Assembly: GCF_006345805.1 (NCBI RefSeq)
Contig: NC_043002.1
Location: forward strand, 57,908,001 to 57,972,000
DNA: 64,000 nucleotides
Direction: 5' to 3'
Source: Octopus sinensis
Lineage: Eukaryota
Below are positions 13,861 to 27,309 of this stretch, piece by piece. A program made the translations under genes and the position numbers. Under the pieces are notes generated by a model that saw only the letters and a program-made list of their open reading frames with translations, was not told where the DNA came from and did not search any database. Numbering within the stretch: the first letter of the stretch is position 1; the number at the start of each line of letters is the position of its first letter.

Positions 13861-14305
13861 TGAATGAAAACTGTTTTCCTGAAATTACATTTCCAAAATC
13901 AAGAAGCACCTTGCATGACCCAGCTCTACCATGCAAGCGATATGGTATTTTTAAAATTCTTCTGTTCTTTTATACTTTTAATGGTCCCAATCGTAGGACT
14001 GCAACCATCTCGCCACTAAAAACCATTTTCTTCCTACTTCGTACCGCATTCAGCACATCTGAAACCATTGCAACATTCAGGTGTCTTCTGCATTTATCTT
14101 TATCTCGATTGCATCAATAACTACCAAGATTCCTTCTTCAAAGCTTTCAACAAGTTTCTTCGACAATTCCTTTCAAGTTCTTCTTAATCTTCACCTTATT
14201 TGGCCGCTCAGAAGAATGAGTTGATGTTAGATCAAATACCATTGATTGCACATGCGACAGCTGACTTATTATCGATATCTTCGTGTGTGGTGAAGTGTGC
14301 AAAAA

Positions 14306-14312
14306 AGTGTGT

Positions 14313-14395
<83 letters not shown>
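14306..14395. repeat. (GT)n microsatellite
   Basis: Direct inspection. Confidence 0.95.
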
Positions 14396-14528
14396 CCTTT
14401 GTGCATTCATGCATTTGTGTGATCTTGACTTTGTGTGTGTGATTTAGATGTGTACGTTCATATGTGTTTAGCAATGTACCTCGATATCTCCCTTTCTCTC
14501 TTTCTCTTCCCTTCTCTTTCTATTCCAT

Positions 14529-14574
<46 letters not shown>

Positions 14575-14900
14575 AGTATGTATGTACGTATGCGCGTGTC
14601 TGTGTGTGTGTAAGCGTTTGTGTTTGTATGTGTGTGACTCTACATATATGCTTGTATATATGCGTATGTGTGTATGCCTGCGTGCGCGTATGCGAGCGTG
14701 TGCGCATGTTTTTGTGTAGACATATGCACACGATTCTAGAGAGTAAGACTCTTGTTCAGCGATGTGAGATAGTTAATCACTTTGAGTGCTCAATGACTCA
14801 GTAGGTAATCGGTGCTATAACTTTTGATGTCGCCAATTAAAGAAATGTTCAGAATGAGCCTCAAATATGCCGCGTGTAGAAAATATGAAATGCTGGCCGC

Positions 14901-15015
<115 letters not shown>

Positions 15016-15109
15016 CAATTTACTTGGAAGTTTTCCCTACCTTCGAAATGCAGAGTTGATAAAGCAGGGGACAACTAATGAAGGGAATGTTCTTTATGTT
15101 GCCTGTTTC

Positions 15110-15199
<90 letters not shown>

Positions 15200-15862
15200 T
15201 AATATATAAATATTCACATACATATACAAACACATATTTACGTGTATCTATCTATATATCTGTATATATATATGTGTCTGTGTGTGTGGTGGCTTGTTTG
15301 TTTGTTTGTGTGTGCGTGTGTGTGTGTGTCTGTGTGTTTGTACGTGTGTGTAAGCTAAAGTCTCGAAGAAAATAAGAAAAGTGTGGAAGGTATCTAAATC
15401 AATAAAGGATTTGCTCAAAAGTATGACTATGTCATACGTGCCAGACTCTTCTATGACACCGCCCTACCTGAAATCTTATAGGCAAGTGAACCATGGAGTA
15501 GAATTGAACAACGATAGCCTACGATGCAAAGGGCCATGGATAAACCCATATCGGGAATATCATTACAATAGCGTATTCGAAATGAGATCATTGAAGAACG
15601 AAGCATAGTGAACGATGTGATCGCAGAATAGTGAAAGCAGAAGTTCCACCGGAGTGGGTATGATTGTTTATTAACTTAATATAAACAGCAAACAGGAAAA
15701 CTATAATTGTCACTACATTGCTAGAAGCTAGAAATGAGAACTAAAATGGTCTAATGTGCTGGTCAAAGCACAAAATAATATACATATATACTTGTAGGGA
15801 CTCTAATCGCCCGATAAAACCGACATATATGTATGTGTATATATATATATTATATATATATA

Positions 15863-15904
<42 letters not shown>

Positions 15905-16094
15905 AAATAGAAGATGAATTTTCTTGTTACAGATTATTCAAAAGTTTAACCGATACCTGGGTAGAAAAATCACAGCAGAAAAAAGCACGGTTGGAGATAA
16001 GACCATTTGGTGTTGTGCACCGTGCGTTGGTGCGGATAATTGAAGTTTAATATTTTTAGTGAATGGAAGAAATGAGTTGAACGAAGATTGTACA

Positions 16095-16199
16095 GAATTC
16101 CTTATTACATTCTACACATGTTTCAAAGGCCACAAATTTCCAAATTCTTATTAAATAAGGTACATATTGTGGCTTCTCTTCAGGAAAAAACAGGAATTC
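16095..16199 (-). ncRNA. Type I hammerhead ribozyme motif (inverted copy of 16354-16462)
   Basis: Reverse complement reads GAATTCCTGTTTTTTC CTGAAGA GAAGCCACAA...TTGTGGCCTTT GAAA CATGTG TA GAATGTAATAAGGAATTC; the core is intact. Confidence 0.8.
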
Positions 16200-16353
16200 C
16201 GTGACAGAACAAAACAAAACAGAGGCGCAGCAACGCAATTCGAACGAGGACGCTCCTTAAGAGCCCATGGCTTAAGAGTTCAGCCATGGGCTCTTAAGGA
16301 GCGTCCTCGTTCGAATTGCGTTGCTGCGCCTCTGTTTTGTTTTGTTCTGCACG

Positions 16354-16462
16354 GAATTCCTGTTTTTTCCTGAAGAGAAAGCCACAATATGGTACCCTTA
16401 TTTAATAAGAATTTGGAAAAATTGTGCCTTTGAAACATGTGTAGAATGTAATAAAGGAATTC
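16354..16462 (+). ncRNA. Type I hammerhead ribozyme motif, full-size, core intact
   Basis: Stem I GAATTCCT(16354-61)/AGGAATTC(16455-62) plus TTC/GAA next to the core, separated by an internal loop. Core CTGAAGA 16370-76. Stem II AAAG-C-CACAAT/ATTGTG-C-CTTT. GAAA 16432-35. Stem III region ACATGTGT. GUA cleavage triplet 16441-43. Confidence 0.8.
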
Positions 16463-16500
16463 TGTACAATCTTCGTTCAACTCCATTTCTTCCATTCACT

Positions 16501-16544
<44 letters not shown>

Positions 16545-16609
16545 CATATAACACATATATACACATGTATATACGTATATATTAGAAGAAATAAGGTACA
16601 TATATGTGG

Positions 16610-16840
16610 GGGGAGGGTAATGTTTGTGTGTCTGTGTTTTCCCCTCCATTATCGCTAGACAACCAATCTTGGCGTGTTTATGTCCCCGTAACATAGCAGT
16701 TCGGCAAAAGAACACGATAGAATAAGTAGTAGGTTTGCACAGAATACGTCCTGGCGTCGATTTGTTCGACTTAAGGGCGGTGCTCCAGCATGGCCCCAAT
16801 CAAATGACTGAAACAAAAGAATAAAAGAATAAAAAAAGAA
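16610..16840 (+). mobile_element. SINE family A, 3' half
   Basis: CAGTTCGGCAAAAGA..GATAGAATAAGTA..GCATGGCCCCAATCAAATGACTGAAAC. Confidence 0.8.
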
Positions 16841-17122
16841 TGTGTGTATGTGTGTGCATGTGTGTATGTGTGTATACTCATACATGCATCTATATGTCAG
16901 TACCTTTATATAGGTTCGCGATTGTACGCAATATTGTTAACATTAGGAATTCTTTAACGTCCTTGTTCAATACCCTAAAATGTACTTAACACGCAAGTAG
17001 GTGTAGTTCAACAGAGGTATATGTGGTTATACATATATATGTATATGTGTATACATATAAGTTTTATATATCATATATATATATGTGTTAAATGAAAGAA
17101 GAAGATGAAGGTACGAGAACTT

Positions 17123-17176
<54 letters not shown>

Positions 17177-17320
17177 GGCGTATGTATTCATGTATATATG
17201 TTTTTTTTATGTATTTTTATAAGCATGCATGATAAAGTATTTCTACATAATTACACGCCTGCACCGACACAACGAAAGAAAGACTAAGCGAGAGAAAGAG
17301 AGAAGAAAAGAGATAGGAAG

Positions 17321-17353
<33 letters not shown>

Positions 17354-17542
17354 TGTGTGTGTGTGTGTGTTTGTGAAACCCACGTGATTCTTGATGTAGC
17401 TCCCCACTTTCCGGCAATGTCGTGATATATTTTGTGGATTTGCAATTGGTTTCACTTAGTCAGAAAAGTCGTGAACAGACGCAGGTATTTTTTAAATGTA
17501 GAATAGGACATATGCACAGTACACACACAGACAGAGACACAT

Positions 17543-17601
<59 letters not shown>

Positions 17602-18078
17602 CCTATACATATCTACATACGTACACCTATAAGCATATGATTTGTATATATTTGATATATGTATGTGTGTGTATACGTGTGTGTGTGTATGTGTTTGTGC
17701 GCGGTTGGAGCCTGTGTTATATATATATATATACATATATATATATACACACACAAATATACATATATATATATGTATATATGCGTGTACGCGTGTACGT
17801 ATGTATGTATACATTAAGTATGTCTTCTGTAACTTTGTACCTGCGAAGTTGTGTCCAATACATGCTGTATTCAATGCTGTCTGCTGATCATGAAATTTAT
17901 TGATACATGCATATCTTATGTAGCACATATAGCTTCTTATATATAACTTGTGTGTTATAGTTCTTAATAGAATTCCTGGTGTTTTGAATTAATGTTGATT
18001 CGTTGTTATACACATAAACCCTATCTCTTGTTCAACAAAACATCCATATTATATTTATTTCTTTATTGAGCAACCTGA

Positions 18079-18157
<79 letters not shown>

Positions 18158-18168
18158 ATATCTCTCTC

Positions 18169-18200
<32 letters not shown>

Positions 18201-18428
18201 ACTGTCTGTTTGTCTGTCTGTCTCTGTACCCATTTACATGCCTATCTACTTATCCATATATCTAAGTGGTACATTACTTACATGTCTCTGTATGTGTCTG
18301 TATATGTCTGTATATATGTATGTATGTAAGCATGTATGTATTTATGAATACATGTATGTATACATATGTGTTTATTTTAGTATCTCTCCCTCCCTCTCTC
18401 ACTCTCTCTCTCTCTCTCTCCCTATATG

Positions 18429-18477
<49 letters not shown>

Positions 18478-18978
18478 ATATATATAATATATATATATAT
18501 GCTTACCTATCAATCACTCCTCTGTCGCATTGATTTGGTAAATCTCAAGTTGTATGAATTCCACATCAGTTATCTTCCCTTAGATTTGGCCGTGGCTATA
18601 GTATGCAAAATAGCATATACATAGTTTCATACATTTTCCCTTTGTTCTTACCGTCTGGGATAAAAACAATCCTCTGCAGTTAATTAATGGATAATTAATG
18701 AATGTGGCTGATGAGGGAGAAAAACCATCCAGATTTCAGGGATTACAACGATCATATATACAAATATAAGTCTATTTTATATAGCTCTTATCTATCTAAA
18801 ACGAGAAGTTGCTCTTCGACGTCAAGATACAACAGCGATTTGTATATTCACATTCGAATTTACCGGGACGTATTAACTACAAATCTTTTCCATTTTTATA
18901 TTTAAGAGATGACGAATTATGTACATTATTTACATTATTTACGTTTGACAGATATTTGTCCTCATCTTGTTTGTTGTT

Positions 18979-19024
18979 AACACAACGTTTCGGCTGATAC
19001 ACCCTCTTGCCTTCATCAGGTGTC
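18979..19024 (-). ncRNA. Minimal hammerhead ribozyme motif (Penelope-type)
   Basis: Reverse complement: GACAC CTGATGA A GGC..14 nt..GCC GAAA CGTT GTGTT. Stem I GACAC/GTGTT, palindromic ACGT stem III, GUU triplet; stem II is partly decayed. Confidence 0.7.
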
Positions 19025-19097
19025 TTGGGGAAATGTCGAACCTGGGTTCTCATTCCTAAGGTATTTTTCGATATTATTATTATTATTATTATTATTA

Positions 19098-19130
<33 letters not shown>

Positions 19131-19153
19131 CCATGTTCGATTCCAGGCAGTGA

Positions 19154-19225
<72 letters not shown>

Positions 19226-19283
19226 CAACAACAACATCGAAAAATACCTTAGGAACGAGACCCCAGGTTCGAAATTTCCCCAA

Positions 19284-19329
19284 GACACCTGATGAAGGCT
19301 GGAAGGTATATCTGCCGAAACGTTGTATT
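19284..19329 (+). ncRNA. Minimal hammerhead ribozyme motif (Penelope-type), partly decayed
   Basis: GACAC CTGATGA A GGC TGGAAGGTATATCT GCC GAAA CGTT GTATT; one stem I mismatch. Confidence 0.65.
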
Positions 19330-19407
19330 AACAACAAACAAGATGACAAATATCCGTCAAATGTAAATAAGATAAATAATGTAAATAAGGAATCTTTTAT
19401 CTTAATT

Positions 19408-19785
19408 TTTTATTTGTTTCAGTCATTTGGCTGCGGCCATGCTGGGGCAGTGCCTTTAAGAAGTTTTGCTGAATGAATCAACCGTAGTAATTATGTTTTA
19501 AGTCTGGTGCTTATTCTATTGGGCACTTATGCCGAACCTCTAAGTTAAGGGTCGTAAACATACCAACACTGATTGTCAAGCAGTGGTAAAGGAGAAACGC
19601 AAAGACACACGCACACACACACACATATCCGATGACCTTCTGTCAGTTTCCCTGCAACAAATCCATTCACAAGTGTTTGGTCGGACAGAGACTATTATAG
19701 AAGATACTTGCCCCAATTGTACGCAGCGGAACTGAACCCAGAACTGTGTGACTCGGAAGCGAACGTCTTGCCACACAGCCATATT
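19408..19785 (-). mobile_element. SINE family A
   Basis: Reverse complement of the tail (TTTCAGTCATTTGGCTGCGGCCATGC) through the head. Confidence 0.8.
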
Positions 19786-20287
19786 TGCGGTTATGCATAT
19801 AACATGTATATTATCTCAACTAAAAGCTATAATCACAAACTGACCCAGAGTTTGAACTTGATATTAATTAACCACTAATCTGTTTCTTTACACAGTTACA
19901 TGATTCAAATACGAAGCTGATCCAAGAAAGGAGACGATATCATTCTGTTCGTCATTTACAACGAGGTTGACTGGGTCATGTGAGATGTAGGGTGGATTGA
20001 CTAATTATCCGCCAGTCAATTATTTCGGCCACCCATGTTCTCATCTCAGGACCAGCTAACACTCAAAATTTTCCATAATTGAGCTTTCGTCTGCATATCC
20101 TTTGTTCGAACATTTTAAGCCAAAAGCGAAAAAAAGCGGGTGGTGGGAAGATTTAAAACAAAATTAAATAAAACAGTGAAAACAGACTGAATATAGCGTA
20201 TAGCAAAACGCCACTCAGCAAGAGATACGAAGACGGCTGTTTTTGAATACTTTGGAATAACACCGTAACAACAACAGTAACAACAAC

Positions 20288-20288
20288 A

Positions 20289-20339
<51 letters not shown>

Positions 20340-20340
20340 A

Positions 20341-20375
<35 letters not shown>

Positions 20376-20388
20376 CACCACCACCACC

Positions 20389-20483
<95 letters not shown>

Positions 20484-20485
20484 AT
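20288..20485. repeat. (ACT)n/(ACC)n trinucleotide array
   Basis: Direct inspection. Confidence 0.95.
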
Positions 20486-20608
20486 TGAAAGCTCCCCCGC
20501 CCACCCCAAAATCAAGCGGGTAATTGACGACATAAAGAATAGGAACAAAATAACGAAGACAAAACAAATTTTAAAAGCGAAATTGGAAATAACAGTATGA
20601 TAATGATA

Positions 20609-20642
<34 letters not shown>

Positions 20643-21019
20643 CGACGACGACGACGACGATGATATTGTTGTTGTAGCAGCTGTTTCAAAGGTAGAGTAA
20701 CTATTACAGCGAATACACAACTTCAATTTAAAAGAACTGCAGAATTTCTCCAACAATAAAGGTCATCATTCGCTTCTATAGAAGTAAAAAACACTCGACC
20801 TTTCTTGAAGGCAGCAAGAAAAAGGACACAATTTTTGGAGAATTTCACGCTCTTCGTATGTAAATATATTCGATACCACTTGAAATTGGCCACAGTGCCT
20901 TAGGGACAACCAATGTGGAAGGGAGTTTTCGGTAGACTGAAAAACTATCTGGGTTTCATGAATCTTTGCGCGTCGATCATCAGACGTCAGGCAGTTTTTC
21001 ATATGTATATGGTTTTACT

Positions 21020-21217
21020 TAATCCTGTCATTTGATTGCAGCCATTTTGAGGCGACGGGTCAAAGGGGTTCGTCGATTAAGTCCTGTGCATATTCTATCA
21101 ATGTTATTTTTTCGAAAACCGCTGCGTCACGGCGATTTAAACAAAAACAATTATTGTTTTAGTAGTGAGCGAGAGGCAAGTACAGACACACAGACATATA
21201 TATATTATATATATATA

Positions 21218-21261
<44 letters not shown>

Positions 21262-21530
21262 ATATGGTATATGTTATACATATGGTTGGGGAGCAAGCTT
21301 CTTACCCCAAAGCTCCTCCTGCGGCTATATATATGTGTATGTGTGTGTGTGCGTGTGTATGTGTGTGTATACACATACACACACGGCCCTATGATGGACT
21401 TCCACTCACGGACAACATTATTCGGTCAGGCGCTGTAATAAATGTCCTTGATGCCTCATAGTAGGTCTGAACCTGAAGCCACTAGGTTACGAAGCGAGCT
21501 TTATAACCACATAGCACTGCCTGTGCGTTT
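21020..21530 (-). mobile_element. Degenerate SINE family A with an expanded internal microsatellite
   Basis: Tail-like TGTCATTTGATTGCAGCCAT at 21026; head-like TTATAACCACATAGC at 21501. Confidence 0.55.
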
Positions 21531-21839
21531 ATATACAGACTTTTTAAATGAATTGGCTGAGCATCATTAATTTCCCGGGTTTTTCAATTTGCCTGCTTCA
21601 TGCCTCGTGTTAATTATTAGGAGTTAGATCTTTATCGCTCCTCAGTGTATTTGAACCAATAACTTTAACGTTCGTAAAGAGAAGGACAACACACGTGATT
21701 CATACAATCATACATACATAGAGACATACAGACATACATAATAATATATATATAAATATAATATTTATACTTATATATATAAATATATATGCATATATAT
21801 ATTTATATATATATGTATATATATATATATATATAATAG

Positions 21840-21899
<60 letters not shown>

Positions 21900-22065
21900 G
21901 CCATATACATACACACATGGCTATAGTTAAGTAGATAAAAAGACAGATAGACCGATATTTATGTGTGCTTGCGTGTGTCTATGTGTGTATGTATGTACGG
22001 ATGACGTGTGCGTGTTTATGTGTTGTAATGTTGTACCTGTGCAAATATATATATATGTGTGTGTG

Positions 22066-22111
<46 letters not shown>

Positions 22112-22652
22112 TGTAAAAGATAGTAATTACCCAAAATGAAGAATTATGAAGAAAAGAAATGACTCCCTTAATCCGTTGGTAGTGTTAGTAATGGCGGATT
22201 TCAAGGTAATAACAGCTGCAGTAGTAGCGGCACTCCTCCTCCTCCTACTACTACTAGTGTTGGTGGTGGTGGGGCTGTTGTCATTGGTGGTCATGATGGC
22301 ATTAGCTGCACCAGCAGCAGCAACATAAGCAGCAATGTTTTCTAAAATAAAAGGATGAGAAAATGCCAGGGGTGAAAGATGACGATGATGATGGTGAGAT
22401 GAGAAGAATGACGTTGTGGAGGAGGGCAGAGAGTTGGTGAGGGAGGAGGAAGGAGAGGCAAAAGGAAGGTTGGGGCAAGGTAAAATAGCAGTAGAAGGAA
22501 GAAAAGGAAGAGGGGGAGGGAATGAGCTAGAGGAAGGAGACGGAGGTTAGAAGGAGGGGAGAGGGAAGGAGAGGTAGAAAAGATTCACAAGGGGGAAAGA
22601 AATTGGAGAAGTTGAAGAAAAAGAAGAGAAAGAAGAAGAAAGACGTTGAAGC

Positions 22653-22932
<280 letters not shown>

Positions 22933-23381
22933 AAGGGAATCGGTAAGCAACACCTGTTCACTGACGGAATGAGTCATTGCTTCAACTCCGATGAGTGAAT
23001 CAGTGGTTTTCGTTTTCGAATGAGCGCCGGCGTCGGTGGTGGTGATAGCAGAGAGGAAAAGAGACAAAGCGGAAGATATGAATGAGAGATAATGGGCGAG
23101 ATCGGTGATAAGAGTGGTGGCGGCGGCGGCGATGTTGGTTCTGCCAAGGCTGACAGCCTCATTCAGGTGCATTTTGCAATTCAGCAGCAGCTACAGGTAT
23201 TAGATATCAATGTCATTAGCATTGCATTATGTGCACATTATCTGCATGCATGCACTCACGCTGCACTTTAAATGTGCATGACTCGCTGACGAATGTAAAA
23301 TAGAATAAAGCCGGCTGAACGACGGAATTGTTTAGTCATCACCTGGTAAGTCACGTTCGGGAGAAATAAGTCAATCAACCA

Positions 23382-23810
23382 ATAGGCGTAGCTGTGTGCG
23401 AAGATGTTTGCTTCCCAGCCACATGGTCCCGGGTTCTGTTCCACTGCGTGGAATCTTCGGCAAGTGTCTTCTACTGTACGTTCAGGACGACCAAAGCCTC
23501 GTGGATGGATTTAGAAGACGGAAACTGAAAGAAGCTCGTCGTATACACGCACACACACATACACACATACATGCATACACATATACACATACATATACAC
23601 ACATACGCATACACACATATGTATGTCTATATGTGTGTATGTGTCTCTGTGCAAGTGTGTATGTAATGGTGTGTGCGTGTGTGTCTTTGTGCCAATATAT
23701 GTCCCTCACCACCGCTTGACAACCGGTGCTGCTGTCTTGACATCTCCGTAACGTAGTGGTTCGGCCAAAACAGACCGATAGAATGGCTGAAGCAAGCAAA
23801 AACTAAAAGG
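23382..23810 (+). mobile_element. SINE family A
   Basis: ATAGGCGTAGCTGTGTG..GGTTCTGTTCCACTGCGTGG..TTCGGCAAGTGTC and matching body. Confidence 0.8.
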
Positions 23811-24137
23811 CATGACCTTCCGCGATGCAGCATTTACCACGACACCAAATACGGTCCCTTTTCTACTTTTACGAGTTTTGTCGGGAGCGTGGTTAGAAAA
23901 TGTGTTTGATCTTCATCTCGAATGTTCGTCACGTCACTTTGATGTCAGAGGAAGTAAATGCGAAAGAGCAGGCGGTTCGTCGACGAGAGGTCGTGTTTAA
24001 TTATTACCCAGTTTCCTTTGTGCAGAGTCATATTGTGAAATTGGTGGAGAACGTGTGCAGGTGAACGAGTGCAATACACGTCATATGAGACGCTCCATCA
24101 GTCAGGAGCGACTCTAACAGGTTGACATAAAACAGTA

Positions 24138-24184
<47 letters not shown>

Positions 24185-24231
24185 TACTACTACTACTACT
24201 ACATTATAAATTTATCACAATATCTCTTATT

Positions 24232-24424
24232 TCTTATTTCTTTATTGCCCACAGAAAGGACAGACAAAGGAATTAAGTCGATTACATCGACCCAGTGCGT
24301 AACTGGTATTAATTTATCGACCCCGAAAGGATGAAAGGCAAAGTCGACCTCAGAACGTAGCGGCAGACCAAATGCTGCAAAGCATTTCGCACGGCGTGCT
24401 AACGTTTCTGCCAACTCGCCGCCT
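24232..24424 (-). mobile_element. SINE family B
   Basis: GAAAGGCAAAGTCGACCTC..GCCAACTCGCCGCC. Confidence 0.8.
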
Positions 24425-24748
24425 TTTAGGGTTAGGGTTTATCACAGTATCATCGCAGTATCGCAGACAATCGAATGCTGTTATACACCGCTGGTCACAA
24501 TGCGCTTTTAGTTCTGTCTTGATTGTACCATTCTTTCCCATCTCGACCTTTCGATCTTTTGCTTACCTTTCGGCAATTGATCATTTCCCCAGCGCGGTTA
24601 CGATTCTGCCGGCTCACGGCCTTAACCGTGACGCATACTACCCTGCCGCACTCGTTTGCAGACCATGGGCCTGCTCTTTGTTCATATAATATTATAAATG
24701 TACTTAAAATGGACAATTTGCTTCAGCTTTTAAGCTGAAAACAGTTAA

Positions 24749-24898
24749 AGGCCGAGGAGTGGTTGTGTGGTAAGAAGCTTGCTACCCAACCACTGGGTCC
24801 CACCTTGGGCAACTCTGTTCTACTATAGCTTCGGGACGACCAAAGCCTTGTGAGGGGATTTGTTAGACGAAAACTGAAAGGAGTCCGTCGTATATATG

Positions 24899-24953
<55 letters not shown>

Positions 24954-25193
24954 TATATCTATATATATATAATATATATATATATATTATTTGTGTTCTT
25001 GTGCCCACACTATCACTTGACAACCAGTGTTGGTGTGTTTACATCCCCGTAACGTTAGCGGTTCGGCAAAAAGTGAACGATAGAATAATAAGTACTAGGC
25101 TTACAAACAATAAATCCTGGGGTCGATTTGTTCGGCTAAAGGCGGTGCTCCAGCATGGCCGCAGTCAAATGATTGAAGCAAGTAAAAGAGTAA
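24749..25193 (+). mobile_element. SINE family A
   Basis: Head-to-tail match with an internal (TA)n tract. Confidence 0.85.
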
Positions 25194-25199
25194 TAGAAA

Positions 25200-25645
25200 A
25201 AATAGTATTTCATCCGTCTTTGCGTTCTGAGTTCAAATTCCGTGGAGGTCGACTTTGCCTTTTATAATTTTGAGGTCGATAAATTAAGTACCGGTAGTGG
25301 GGTCGATCGAAACGCCTGGACCCCTCTCCAAAACTTTCGGACCTCGTGCCTAGAGTAGAAAAGAATTTAGTACGTATAAAGAGCATGCCGTCATCTGGAA
25401 ACACATACGGCATAGTAATATGCTCCAAGCTTCAGGCGGCGAGCTGGAAGAACCGTTAGCACGGCGGGGAAATGCTTAGCGGTATCTAATCCGTCTTTAC
25501 ATTATAAGTTCAAATGGCGCCAAGGTCGACTTTGCCTTTTATACGTTCGGGGTCGATAAAATAAATATCAGCTGAGCACTGGGGTGGGGGTCGATGCCAT
25601 CGTCGTACTCTTTTCCACTAAATTGATGACCTTGTGATATAATTT
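25200..25645 (+). mobile_element. Two tandem SINE family B copies (25200-25370; 25434-25645)
   Basis: GAGGTCGACTTTGCC occurs in both; the second has the GGCGGCGAGCTGG head. Confidence 0.75.
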
Positions 25646-25844
25646 GAAACCATTAATACGTATTATGTTTCGTTAATTGTTTTAGATGCCTATTTGGTTG
25701 GAAACAAACATAGGCACTCCCTCTGTCGTCTCACCCTTCCACTTAATGGCAAATACAAGTTGTGACAACTGGAGGAAGACAGGGCGACACTAATTACTCA
25801 ACAAATGTCCATTTTCAGCCGAGATGACTGTAGAATTGTATATA

Positions 25845-26465
25845 CGTCGTCTGATCAATAAGTATCCGGACTGTCGCCATAGTAACAAAACAAAACACGC
25901 AGGATGAAGCCGCTTGGCACAGATTGACCTTGACTTCAGCTGTGTATGTACACTAAGTTTTAACGTTGTAGCTCACTTCCGCTGTTTACAGCAGTGCTTG
26001 GAAAGAAGGTGTGGTAGCGCGTGATCGTCGCATTGACCATGACAGAGAAAGTTGTTATGGCGATACCTGCTCAGAGGCCCAGCGGAATTTGCAGAAAGTG
26101 TATGGAGAGGAGTATATGAACCGCACAAAAGCGTACGTGTGATGCAGGCGTTTCCGAGATGGCCTAAAAATGTCGATATTGGCGTACGTTGCGGGAGACC
26201 TGCAACCAGTAGAACTGAGAAAACCATCGCAGTTTTGCGTTCAGCTGTGACAGGAAATCGTCAAATCACCATACGTGAGTTATCAGAGGATGTGCAGATT
26301 AGTTACAGTTCAGTTTAGTCCATTATTACTGAAGATTTGAGTATGAGATGCGTGTCTGCCAAGTTTCTGCCAAAACTGCTTTCAGCTGTCCCAAACGACA
26401 ATCGGGATTCAGTTGCACAAGATCTCCTTGATGGTGCCGAGAGCGATGAAAACTTTAAAAACAAC
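25845..26465 (+). mobile_element. Mariner 5' half (HTH domains to linker)
   Basis: GRPATSRTEKTIAVLRSAVTGNRQITIRELSEDVQIS..SAKFLPKLL; TA at the left end. Confidence 0.8.
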
Positions 26466-26700
26466 TTTGCGTAGGCCTCTGAACAGGTATCACCAAGCTT
26501 TTGGCAAAATTTGATGCAGATTCTCTGCTCAAATTTCTCTCTCATGTTCAATGCAACGATCACACACTGCACACCTTCTTTTCAAGCACTGCTGTAAACA
26601 GCGTTAAACCTTAGTGCGTATGCACACCAGAGTTCAAGGTCAGTCAGTGCCTAGCGGTTTCAGTGTGCATTCTTTAGCTTCATCTCTATAGCAACAGTTC
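26466..26700 (-). mobile_element. Inverted 5' end of the same mariner family
   Basis: Reverse complement is homologous to 25868-26085 and encodes MREKFEQRICIKFCQKLGDTCSEA. Confidence 0.8.
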
Positions 26701-27267
26701 ACGTAATGTACGTATGTATGTTTCCGATGACATTATTTGAGTTACTCTTAATGAATTCAAGGCGGTCGTTAATAAAGAGATAAGCGTTCCCTGGGATTTG
26801 TAAATGTGTCTGAGTTAGTACGTGCATACGTGTACATGTACGTACCCACATTTATTTTCTATGTGCACATGACTTTTTAATGCTTTGGTGTTTGTGCGTA
26901 TGTGTTCGCGCGCACACACGTACTCTTTCACTCTTTACATATATCTCTTCGTAGATGTTCACAACAAAATGTGTGCATATGTTCATTTAAAGATTTTTGG
27001 TGGAGGCGGGGGAGAATCTTTGGAGTGCCACTTATTGATTGAATTTGGAGGATGCGCCTCGGTTTCTTTTGCACTTAAGAAAATTTGGTATTTCCAGGAC
27101 TTTGGGGAATCTGTAGATACATAGGTCGGTACACCTTTGATGACAGGTACAAATGATGATCAAGGGACAAAGTACAAATGTTGCAATTTACGCATTAGTT
27201 CGCCCTAACACACACACATGGAGAGAGAGAAATAGACAACTAGATATATATGTATATGCATATATGT

Positions 27268-27300
<33 letters not shown>

Positions 27301-27309
27301 CATATATAT

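Larger units (their letters stand above)
15900..16505. mobile_element. Foldback element with ~220-bp inverted arms carrying HHRs (Penelope-like terminal repeat, inferred)
   Basis: Arms ~16053-16272 and 16282-16505 around a 9-nt loop TAAGAGTTC. Unique sequence continues from the left arm to ~15900; (TA)n on both sides. Confidence 0.7.
18925..19388. mobile_element. Head-to-head inverted pair of HHR-bearing Penelope-like repeat units
   Basis: ATCGAAAAATACCTTAGGAA..CCCCAAGACACCTGATGAAGG..AAATGTAAATAA occurs on - (18925-19072) and + (19236-19388), separated by (TTA)n, a 27-bp spacer and (AAT)n(AAC)n. Confidence 0.75.

Noticed and set aside
20955-20992. CTGATGA..GAAA on the minus strand
   Set aside because: No stem II or stem I pairing.
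20766-21002. 78-aa non-repetitive minus ORF
   Set aside because: No recognisable motif or clear splice signals; the length is within chance expectation.
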